Shown here piece by piece: positions 17,996 to 26,294 of a DNA stretch of 64,000 bases; positions within the stretch are counted from its first letter, which is position 1, and each line of letters begins with the position of its first letter. The stretch spans positions 46,963 to 110,962 of the forward strand of contig JBMNJC010000014.1 in the NCBI GenBank assembly GCA_050951465.1. The letters are read 5' to 3'. The DNA is from Caldicoprobacterales bacterium. Its GTDB lineage: Bacteria; Bacillota; Clostridia; Caldicoprobacterales; DTU083. Below the pieces are notes generated by a model, which worked only from the letters and a program-made list of their open reading frames with translations, had not been told where the DNA came from and ran no database searches. Both the position numbers and the translations under genes were made by a program.

Positions 17996-19334
17996 ATTGT
18001 CAATATTTCGATTTATTCACACTGCAGATATTCATTTAGGCAGTTTTTTGCATATCAGCGGTATGGAAAAGCATCCAAAACTTAAAGAGCTCAGCCGGAA
18101 AGCAACTTACCAGGCTTTTGAGAATATATGCAATATTGCTGTTGAAAACAAAGCTGCTTTTATTTTAATTTCAGGCGATTTATATGACAGGGAAGCCAGG
18201 TCGGTGCGTGCAAACCGGTTCTTTGTGGATGCCTGCAGGAGGCTGGAAAAAGAAAGGATAAGGGTATTTGTAACAGCCGGCAATCATGATCCTGCTAAAG
18301 AATATAAGGAGCTTTTCCGATTGCCCGACAATGTTTACGTTTTTTCTGCTTCTGAACCTGAACTGATTTTAGTTAACGATACAGGCGGTGAACCGATAGC
18401 AGCCGTGTCAGGTCAGTCTTACGGGGAAAGGTGGGAGAGGTCTCCTCTGCATGCACACTATCCGGTTTCCGATGCCGATGTGTTTCGCATTGCCATGCTC
18501 CATACCCAGCTGGAAACCGGAAGAAGCAATTACATACCGGCCTCGTCAGCTGATTTATCCGGGCGCTCAGGTTTTGATTACTGGGCCCTGGGCCATATTC
18601 ACCAGCCTCAGATCATAAAGGAGGATAAGCCGGTTATTGCCTATTCGGGCGCACCCCAGGGGCGAGACTTTGGTGAGCAAGGACTTAAAGGCTGTTGGCT
18701 GGTTGAGGTGGAAAAAATAGGGGGTGTTAGCAGCTTCCGCGCCAATATGAAGTTTCAGGTCACCTCGCCGGTAATATATCATACCTTTTTCATTGATATT
18801 GGCTGTCCGGAGCTGGCTGAGGCTGAGAGTTTTGATCAATTGGAAGCATATTTGATTGAAGAGGCAGAAAAACTGGAAGAAAAAATCCGGGCTGAGCATT
18901 CATTGGTAGAAGGCATATTGGTCAGATGGGAAATTGGTGGCCGGGGCAGGCTGCATTTTCTTTTTAGTGAAGATATTGAGGGGAGTCAGGATGAAATCCG
19001 CCGGCTGCTTCGTACATCACTGGGCCACAGATTTCCTTTTGTTTGGACAGATTCCGTTATCCTGCGAACCAAAGATCCGGCTGCAGAGGAAGTGCTGGTT
19101 CGTCATCCTATGCTTAAGGAATACCTGGATCAGATAATTATGGATATTAGACAGGGAGAACCTGCCCGAAAAAGTTTAATATCTCAGCTTGGGCAAATGT
19201 GGACGCAAAAAGCAGACTATGAAGATATGGACGAAAAGAGATTTTTTCTTGATGAATCCACTTTGGAGAATATGCTGGATGAGGCCGTCCAGCTAATATT
19301 GAATGGCTTGATTGAGGCAGGGGGTCGGGAATAA
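17973..19334 (+). CDS. yhaO: SbcD-like metallophosphoesterase (YhaO-type DNA repair exonuclease)
   Basis: FIHTADIHLGS, SGDLYD and TAGNHDP motifs. Start is ATG 17973 (overlapping radC) or TTG 17997. Confidence 0.85.
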   Translation: MQIGGLYKLSIFRFIHTADIHLGSFLHISGMEKHPKLKELSRKATYQAFENICNIAVENKAAFILISGDLYDREARSVRANRFFVDACRRLEKERIRVFVTAGNHDPAKEYKELFRLPDNVYVFSASEPELILVNDTGGEPIAAVSGQSYGERWERSPLHAHYPVSDADVFRIAMLHTQLETGRSNYIPASSADLSGRSGFDYWALGHIHQPQIIKEDKPVIAYSGAPQGRDFGEQGLKGCWLVEVEKIGGVSSFRANMKFQVTSPVIYHTFFIDIGCPELAEAESFDQLEAYLIEEAEKLEEKIRAEHSLVEGILVRWEIGGRGRLHFLFSEDIEGSQDEIRRLLRTSLGHRFPFVWTDSVILRTKDPAAEEVLVRHPMLKEYLDQIIMDIRQGEPARKSLISQLGQMWTQKADYEDMDEKRFFLDESTLENMLDEAVQLILNGLIEAGGRE

Positions 19335-22210
19335 TGAGGATTAAGAAGATGTTTATCGGAGACTTCGGCATTTTCAGGAATCAGAATATGGAGGACCTGC
19401 ATACCGGTTTAAACATTATCGGCGGCATGAACCGGGCGGGAAAAAGCACGTTGCTTCAGGTGCTTAAGCATCTGGGTTACGGCATTCCCTCCGGAGGAAA
19501 TATTCCCCCTGCCAATATTGAATATAATGTAGAGGCGGATCTTCTGGATGAGGAAACCAACCGGCTCTATCATGTCCGGCTGCAAGGCCATTCCCAGCCT
19601 GTCTGCACTTATGCCGAAAACGGAGAATCAGTGCCCATATCCCGCTTGTATAGTCTGGACAGCTTTACCTATCATAACCTGTTTACCATAAGCTTAAATC
19701 AGTTAACTCCGGCTCCTGAAGGGTTTTCCAAAAAGGAACTGGAGAAATTACAGGCAGTACTTTTAGGTGCCGGCCTTTCGGATATTGCTAATATTCCCGG
19801 ACTGGAAAATAGTTTTCAGAGAGCTGCCGCTTCAATAGGAGGAACCACCGGGCGCCTCACAAACAAGGGCTTTCGGACTTATGTTGAAAGAATTGAGGAG
19901 GGTATAGAAAGAAGGCAGAAGGCATTAAGTCAGGTGGAGGAATACGAGCTTCAGCAGAAAAATTTAAGCCGGCTGCAAAAGCAGGAGCAAGAATTAAGGG
20001 CCGAGATAAAAGAGTTACAGTCACAGATAAATCTGCTTGAGGCTCTTAAAGAAAACTATGATATCCTGGAGGAGCTTTCAGAGCTGGAAACTCATCTGGA
20101 GTTAAGCAAGCGGGAGCAGGCAGAAAAGGGAAGTCTGCCCTCTCATCTTTTGAAAAACCGTCCTATGGTTGAAGCTGCTCTTCAGGATTATGGTGATAAG
20201 TTAAGCCAATGGGAAGAAGAACATAATATCTTAGATGGAAGCCTGGGCAGTGAGGCCAAGCGGATTTTGCCTCTTTTATTGGAATACAGGAGTGAACTTA
20301 CAAAATACCATGATAGACTTTCAGGCATTGAAGCAAAAATAAATATCCTTGATAATATGGAAAAGGAAATTGAGGAAGATAAAAGACAACTGCTTGAACG
20401 GATGAAAAGGCTTCATTCAGGCTGGACAGAAGAGGATTTGGACCGGATCAGAAACCTGAATCCGGAACTAATTATGGAAAACCGGCTGATGGAGGCCCAG
20501 TCCAATTATAAAAGTCTTAACGATCGGCTGCAGCGTACAAATGATCAGCTTAAAGAAAACCAGGGGAAGGCTGAGATGCTGGAGACCCAGATGAAGGAAT
20601 GGAAAAAGGATACATTCGGTTTCGGAATGAAAGCTTATCTTCGGGCCTCAATAGTATTCATTCTGCTTGGGATAGCAGTTTCCCTCTTTCAGCCATTCAT
20701 AGGGATCTTATTGGGATTTGCAGGAATCGGCGGTTCCGTAATATATGTCATAATGAAAAGATGGAGCCAAAGGGAAGCTGATAATCGTCTCAGAGATCTG
20801 CAGGGAGAGCTGAGCGGCCTTCTGTCCCAAAAGGAAGAACTGGAGAATGCCAGGAATGAGTTGCTAACAGCAATAGGGGAGACAGAAAAAGAATTATCTG
20901 ACATAAAGGCGAAACTCCATTTGGAAATGATACCGGGATATCAGAATCTGCTGGATTATTATCGCGGTTTAACGGATATAAAGGAAAAAATAGACAGTCT
21001 GGACAGACAAAAGGAAAGATGGACTGAGGAGCATACCCTCCTGTCAGCGGAGCTTAGGGAAATAGCTGATCTGCTGGCAAAATTCGACAAGACTGAAATT
21101 GAAAAAGCTGACAATGATAAGGATAAACCTGCTCTGAAGGAAATATGGCCGGAAATACAGCTTAACATAAAGCAGAAGTACAGCCAAATGGAAACTGCTA
21201 TCCAGCTTAATCGTTTATCCGATGATATCATCAGAACAGAATCAAGGTTAATGGAACTAATAGGGGAAAAGAAGGACAGCAGCATAATAGAAAAAGATGT
21301 AACCAAGGCTAAATGTCTTTCCTTCCTTGAGCGATGTGACTTATTGTCGGATTATCTGAATAAAGAAGAAAAGAGGAAAGCCATAATACAAGGCCTGGAC
21401 AGAGCAGTTAAGTCTCAGCGGTTGGCTGAATCCCTGAGCAATACAGGTCTGGAGGGATTTCGAAGGAAGTTTATGGAGTATCCCGGTCTGGAATCCATTG
21501 TGCGGGAGCATACAGCACTTGTTAATCAATTGCATGACCGGCAAGACGCTTTGGAGAACTGCAGAAATACTATGGAAAAAACCAAGTTGTCATTGGAACA
21601 GTTGAGCCTGACGGAAGAACTGGAACAAGCTCATGAATTAATATATAAAGGCCGCAGCGACCTGTTTCAGGAGGCTTACAGGTACGGGGTTTACAAAACC
21701 GCTGCATGGCTCAGCAGGGAAATAAGAAACAGGTTTCTGGAGAAAACGAAAGATGAGCTTCTCCTGAAAGCGGACAATATTATACAGAGATTAACCCATG
21801 GACAGTATCTGCGAATACTGCCCAAGGAAGATTTATCTGATTTTTCGTTTGCAAGACAGGACGGAGCAATACAGGAAAGCAGCAACGTATTAAGCAGGGG
21901 CACCAGGGAACAGGTATACCTCGCAGTGCGGCTGGGCCGAATTTTGGACATTAGTCCTTGCCTGCCTGTTCTTATAGATGATTCCTTTGTGAATTTTGAT
22001 TCTGCGCATTTGCAGGAAGCAGCTGCTCTGCTTTGTGAATTAAGCCGGACTCATCAGATTTTCCTTATGACCTGTCATCCCCACCTGGTTGAATTGTTCA
22101 CAGATCTCGACGAAGAAATCCGATACTGGCACCTGGAAAACGGGAGGTTCTCTTCGTGCGAAGGCAGGGATTTAATGCGAGCTCTTCATTTTTCCGGCTC
22201 TGCATGTTAG
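19334..22210 (+). CDS. yhaN: SbcC/SMC-like AAA ATPase (YhaN-type) with a central TM hairpin
   Basis: The ATG overlaps the yhaO stop (ATAATGA). Walker A GGMNRAGKST, long coiled coils, signature LSRGTREQVYLAVRL, Walker B VLIDDSF. Confidence 0.85.
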   Translation: MRIKKMFIGDFGIFRNQNMEDLHTGLNIIGGMNRAGKSTLLQVLKHLGYGIPSGGNIPPANIEYNVEADLLDEETNRLYHVRLQGHSQPVCTYAENGESVPISRLYSLDSFTYHNLFTISLNQLTPAPEGFSKKELEKLQAVLLGAGLSDIANIPGLENSFQRAAASIGGTTGRLTNKGFRTYVERIEEGIERRQKALSQVEEYELQQKNLSRLQKQEQELRAEIKELQSQINLLEALKENYDILEELSELETHLELSKREQAEKGSLPSHLLKNRPMVEAALQDYGDKLSQWEEEHNILDGSLGSEAKRILPLLLEYRSELTKYHDRLSGIEAKINILDNMEKEIEEDKRQLLERMKRLHSGWTEEDLDRIRNLNPELIMENRLMEAQSNYKSLNDRLQRTNDQLKENQGKAEMLETQMKEWKKDTFGFGMKAYLRASIVFILLGIAVSLFQPFIGILLGFAGIGGSVIYVIMKRWSQREADNRLRDLQGELSGLLSQKEELENARNELLTAIGETEKELSDIKAKLHLEMIPGYQNLLDYYRGLTDIKEKIDSLDRQKERWTEEHTLLSAELREIADLLAKFDKTEIEKADNDKDKPALKEIWPEIQLNIKQKYSQMETAIQLNRLSDDIIRTESRLMELIGEKKDSSIIEKDVTKAKCLSFLERCDLLSDYLNKEEKRKAIIQGLDRAVKSQRLAESLSNTGLEGFRRKFMEYPGLESIVREHTALVNQLHDRQDALENCRNTMEKTKLSLEQLSLTEELEQAHELIYKGRSDLFQEAYRYGVYKTAAWLSREIRNRFLEKTKDELLLKADNIIQRLTHGQYLRILPKEDLSDFSFARQDGAIQESSNVLSRGTREQVYLAVRLGRILDISPCLPVLIDDSFVNFDSAHLQEAAALLCELSRTHQIFLMTCHPHLVELFTDLDEEIRYWHLENGRFSSCEGRDLMRALHFSGSAC

Positions 22211-22240
22211 AATCAGATAAGAAGAACAGGGGGAATTCGT

Positions 22241-23194
22241 ATGCAAAGACAAATTATAACATTTGCCAAAGGGGAAACGGTCCAGGGTTATTATTTGTTA
22301 AAATCAATGACTCTGAAGACTTCAAATAATAATAACAGATATTATGATTTGATCATATCGGATCAAACCGGTGAAATAAACGGAAAAATATGGGACCCCG
22401 ATATGGTTGAGGGTACGGAAATAACAGAAGGCATTGTGGTGAAAATAAGAGGTTTGGTTAACGAATGGCAGGGTCAGCTGCAGCTCAAGGTGGAACGAAT
22501 TCGCAAAACCAATGCCGGAGATAATATTAATGTTGAAGACTTCATTCAATCGGCTCCGTATACAGCCATGCAAATGATGGATGAAATTCGGAATTATTTA
22601 ATACGTATTGAAAATGAGGATATTCGGCAGATTACAAGGGTAATGCTTAATGAAAACGCAGAGAAATTGATGTATTATCCTGCAGCCATGAAAAACCACC
22701 ATTCCATTCGGGGCGGCCTGCTTTACCACTTAACTACCATGCTGAAGATGGCAGAGCGTGTGCTTGAGGTCTATACCCACCTGAACGGCGATCTTCTTTA
22801 TGCAGGTGTAATTCTGCACGATTTAGCGAAGATAAAAGAGATGGATGCCAATGAGCTGGGGATAGTTTCCTCATATTCTCCGGAAGGTATGCTGCTTGGT
22901 CATATAATTCAGGGTATTAAGGACATTGAGCGAATTGGAAGCGAAAACAATGCTGACAGAGAAATTATCGTTTTGCTTGAACATATGCTTCTGTCTCATC
23001 ATTATGAACCGGAATACGGAAGTCCGAAAAGGCCTATGATTCCGGAAGCTGAAATACTTCATTATCTTGATATGATAGATGCTCGTATGTTCGATATGCA
23101 AAAGGCATTGGAAACGGTTTCGCCGGGAGAGTTTTCCGATAAGATATGGCTGCTTAACAACCGTCAGTTATACCGGCCGTTTCTGAATGACTAA
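22241..23194 (+). CDS. yhaM: 3'-5' exoribonuclease YhaM (OB-fold plus HD domain)
   Basis: 317 aa. N-terminal OB region (YYLLKSMTLKTS...GEINGKIWD) and HD domain (ILHDLAKI, LLSHHYEPEYGSPKRP). Confidence 0.9.
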   Translation: MQRQIITFAKGETVQGYYLLKSMTLKTSNNNNRYYDLIISDQTGEINGKIWDPDMVEGTEITEGIVVKIRGLVNEWQGQLQLKVERIRKTNAGDNINVEDFIQSAPYTAMQMMDEIRNYLIRIENEDIRQITRVMLNENAEKLMYYPAAMKNHHSIRGGLLYHLTTMLKMAERVLEVYTHLNGDLLYAGVILHDLAKIKEMDANELGIVSSYSPEGMLLGHIIQGIKDIERIGSENNADREIIVLLEHMLLSHHYEPEYGSPKRPMIPEAEILHYLDMIDARMFDMQKALETVSPGEFSDKIWLLNNRQLYRPFLND

Positions 23195-23205
23195 TAAAAG
23201 AGGAG

Positions 23206-25473
23206 TTGAAGCATTTGGATCAGGCGCAGTGGAAACTGGAAGAAGCACGCCTACAAAAGGTTTATAATAAAATTTGCAAAGAATTAGCCCAAAGACTCAA
23301 GGCGGTGAGAGATTACGGGAAAACCGTCAGGGAAACCGGACGCACAATTTGGGAAGAAGGGGATCATGTCTGGGAAAAGGGCGATATAGATGCAGCGGTG
23401 GAAATGAAGCAATACACCGACGCCTTGAAGCAGGAAAGACAGAAATATGAAATTGCCAGACGTCAGCTGATCAAATTGGAGCGGCTCGAACAGTCCCCCT
23501 GGTTCGGACGGGTTGATTTTACCGAAGAAGGGTATAAGGATACGGAACAAATCTATATTGGCCTGACAACCTTTTTTGATGAAAAGGGAGATGTGCTCAT
23601 TTACGATTGGAGGGCACCTATTTCAGGCATTTTTTATGATTTTGAACTGGGGCCGGCTTACTACCTTTGCCCGGAGGGAATAATCAGGGGACAGGTATCC
23701 TTAAAGCGGCAATATCGGATAGAGAAGAATCGGATAAGGTTTATGCTGGATACCGACATGAAGATCGATGATGAGTTGCTGCAAGAAATCCTAAGCAAAA
23801 GTGCCGATGAAAAGATGCGGAATATTGTTACCACCATTCAGAAGGAACAAAACCGCATTATTCGTGATGAAAACCACCAATTGCTTATGGTTCAGGGGGT
23901 GGCCGGCAGCGGAAAAACATCCATAGCATTGCACAGGATTGCTTATTTATTATACAAGTACCGGGATACAAACATGACCTCCGGCAATATTCTTATCTTT
24001 TCTCCCAATACCGTGTTTAACGACTATATATCCAATGTTTTGCCTGAATTGGGAGAAGAGAATATGCAGCAGACCACCTTTGAAGAATATCTGAAATCCA
24101 GGGCAGGAAATGAGGTATCCTTTGAGAGCAGCAGCAGTCATATGGAATATGTGCTGACTGCGAAAGAAAGGGAAAGCGAAAAGATAAGGATGCGGGGTAT
24201 CGCCTATAAGAGCAGCATGGATTTTTATCATCTGTTAAATCGATATGCTCATTATCTCGAACATAATACCATTCCCTTTAAGGATATTTACTTTAAAGAA
24301 CGGATTCTTATACCCAAAAAGGATATAGAAAAAATGTTTTTCCATGATTATGCGGGTCTGCCCATGTCAAGAAGGCTGGAAAAACTAAGACAGCGTTTAC
24401 ATTATCTGATCCGGGGGCCGTGGGAGGAAAGACGAAGGCAATTGATGGAAGAATTACAGCATCATCCGGAATATAAGAGCAAGGTGCGGGCTTACAGCAG
24501 GCTTTTTGTCTTCCATGAATTTAAAGTAGTGCGGAGGCAGATAGAGTCAATCCTTTACTTTGATGTATTGAAGGCTTATCTGGACTTATTCGATGATACT
24601 GACTTGTTTGCCCGGCTTGCAGGAGAAAGCCTGCCGCCTGATTATAAGGAAATCTGCCTGGATACCGGCAGAAGGATTCGGAATCAGATGATGGGATATG
24701 AAGATATCTCTGCATATATTTATCTGAAAGGAATATTGGAAGGGGTGCCCAGAATGAATCATATCCGCCACGTGGTGGTGGATGAGGCTCAGGACTATAC
24801 CCCTGTTCAATACGGCATTCTCCGCCAGTTATTCAACAAAACTCCTATGACCTTACTGGGTGATTTTAATCAAACAATTCATCCTTTGAAGACCGGCTTT
24901 GGCTATGAACAGGTTGCAGAAATTCTGGCACCTGACAGTAAAGCGGTATTAAAGCTGAATAAGGGATATCGTTCAACCATGGAGATAGTTGCCTTTACAA
25001 GGGCGATTTTAAACGACAGCCACATAGAATCTATTCAGCGGCCGGGGGAAAAGCCTAAGCTGATTCGTGGCAGTGATTTTGATGAACTTATGGATAAACT
25101 GGTCGGAGATGTGAAGGCTTTGAAGGATGACGGATTTCAGTCCATTGGCATTATCTGCAAGACTGCTGCAGAAAGCCAAAGGGTCTTTGACAGTATACAA
25201 ACCAGTCTGCAGGTTTCTTTGTTAACAAAAGATGATGCAAATTTCAGCCGGGGAATAATAGTATTGCCTGTGTACCTGGCAAAAGGCCTGGAATTTGATG
25301 GTGCAATGATTATTGGTGCAGATAAGGAAACCTACGGCCTGGAAGAGGACAGGAAGCTGTTTTATACCGCTTGTACCAGGGCGCTTCACAGACTGCACCT
25401 GTACTACACCGGTGAGATGTCGCCCTTTATCAAAGAAATATCGGAAGATTTATATGAAGTCAGCAAACATTAA
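23206..25473 (+). CDS. helD: HelD-type UvrD-like helicase (RNA polymerase-associated helicase IV family)
   Basis: TTG start at 23206 or 23215 after AGAGGAG. N-terminal coiled-coil arm, then SPWFGRVDF. Walker A GVAGSGKT, VVVDEAQD, and a C-terminal UvrD_C-like YTACTRALHRL. Confidence 0.85.
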   Translation: MKHLDQAQWKLEEARLQKVYNKICKELAQRLKAVRDYGKTVRETGRTIWEEGDHVWEKGDIDAAVEMKQYTDALKQERQKYEIARRQLIKLERLEQSPWFGRVDFTEEGYKDTEQIYIGLTTFFDEKGDVLIYDWRAPISGIFYDFELGPAYYLCPEGIIRGQVSLKRQYRIEKNRIRFMLDTDMKIDDELLQEILSKSADEKMRNIVTTIQKEQNRIIRDENHQLLMVQGVAGSGKTSIALHRIAYLLYKYRDTNMTSGNILIFSPNTVFNDYISNVLPELGEENMQQTTFEEYLKSRAGNEVSFESSSSHMEYVLTAKERESEKIRMRGIAYKSSMDFYHLLNRYAHYLEHNTIPFKDIYFKERILIPKKDIEKMFFHDYAGLPMSRRLEKLRQRLHYLIRGPWEERRRQLMEELQHHPEYKSKVRAYSRLFVFHEFKVVRRQIESILYFDVLKAYLDLFDDTDLFARLAGESLPPDYKEICLDTGRRIRNQMMGYEDISAYIYLKGILEGVPRMNHIRHVVVDEAQDYTPVQYGILRQLFNKTPMTLLGDFNQTIHPLKTGFGYEQVAEILAPDSKAVLKLNKGYRSTMEIVAFTRAILNDSHIESIQRPGEKPKLIRGSDFDELMDKLVGDVKALKDDGFQSIGIICKTAAESQRVFDSIQTSLQVSLLTKDDANFSRGIIVLPVYLAKGLEFDGAMIIGADKETYGLEEDRKLFYTACTRALHRLHLYYTGEMSPFIKEISEDLYEVSKH

Positions 25474-26042
25474 CTGTATTTCCTTAAGGACGGCTCCACA
25501 TCAAACAAGGTTTCCAGAGACCTGTAATAATTTTCCTTCCAACTAAAGTCACCTTTTAAAACACACCACATATACTCATATCCTGTAAACATATAGGCAG
25601 CTGCTTCGTACAGCTGCTTTGCTTTATTTTTATTGCGAATCTGGTTCTTTTCCTGAGCCTTTTGTATGATGGTAACGGCTATATCTTCTAAGTCCTTTCT
25701 TAAGTCAAAAGTTCTCTTGTTTTCCTGGAGATTTACAATAAGCAGCTGACTGTTGATATCACTGCCCAGGTCTATAAAATTATCTATTAAACTGTCAAAC
25801 AGCAGGAGAATTTGTTCCCAGTGACTGGAGGTATCCAGCATCTGTATTAAAACAGGGGTCAGATTCTCAATAACGTGATCATAGTACTCAAGAATTATAT
25901 CCTGCTTGGATCTCAAATGATAATAAAAAGTTGGTTTTGTTATTTCACAGGCATCACATATATCATTTACTGTAACATTATTGAATCCCTTTTCTTTGAA
26001 TAACCGGGTTGCTGTACGAAATATTTTGTCTTTAGTGGTCAT
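25470..26042 (-). CDS. TetR/AcrR family transcriptional regulator
   Basis: 190 aa. N-terminal HTH is FNNVTVNDICDACEITKPTFYYHLRSKQD. Its stop codon overlaps the helD stop. Confidence 0.9.
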   Translation of the reverse strand: MTTKDKIFRTATRLFKEKGFNNVTVNDICDACEITKPTFYYHLRSKQDIILEYYDHVIENLTPVLIQMLDTSSHWEQILLLFDSLIDNFIDLGSDINSQLLIVNLQENKRTFDLRKDLEDIAVTIIQKAQEKNQIRNKNKAKQLYEAAAYMFTGYEYMWCVLKGDFSWKENYYRSLETLFDVEPSLRKYS

Positions 26043-26174
26043 GAATCAATGCATTCCTTCCATAAAAGTGTAGTTTCTTTTCAAATCATAGCAACAAACC
26101 TGTTTCTTTTCAAGCTGAACAAACCACAGGCTTAATGCCCTTAAAAAGATTGTTAAAAAATTTACAAAAAGCAA

Positions 26175-26240
26175 TTGACAGAAATTTAACTATATGTTAC
26201 TATTACCATGGTAATACAAATTATAACAATAGTAATACAA
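26175..26240 (+). promoter_or_regulatory. Promoter plus palindromic operator (probable TetR site)
   Basis: TTGACA (26175-26180), 17 nt, TACTAT (26198-26203). A perfect 16-bp palindrome TATTACCATGGTAATA (26201-26216) overlaps the -10 box. The half-site GTAATACAA is repeated at 26232-26240. Confidence 0.55.
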
Positions 26241-26294
26241 TATATGAATAAAGTCAAAAAATTTATTTTTATATATAAACAAGGAGGAAACTTT

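Noticed and set aside
17973-25473. SbcCD-like ATPase/nuclease plus UvrD-like helicase read as an anti-phage system (Gabija- or Lamassu-like).
   Set aside because: The yhaO-yhaN-yhaM order matches the conserved housekeeping arrangement of Bacillus. The helicase has HelD hallmarks (an N-terminal coiled-coil arm and the SPWFGRVDF motif) rather than GajB-like context. Composition is the same as the core genome.
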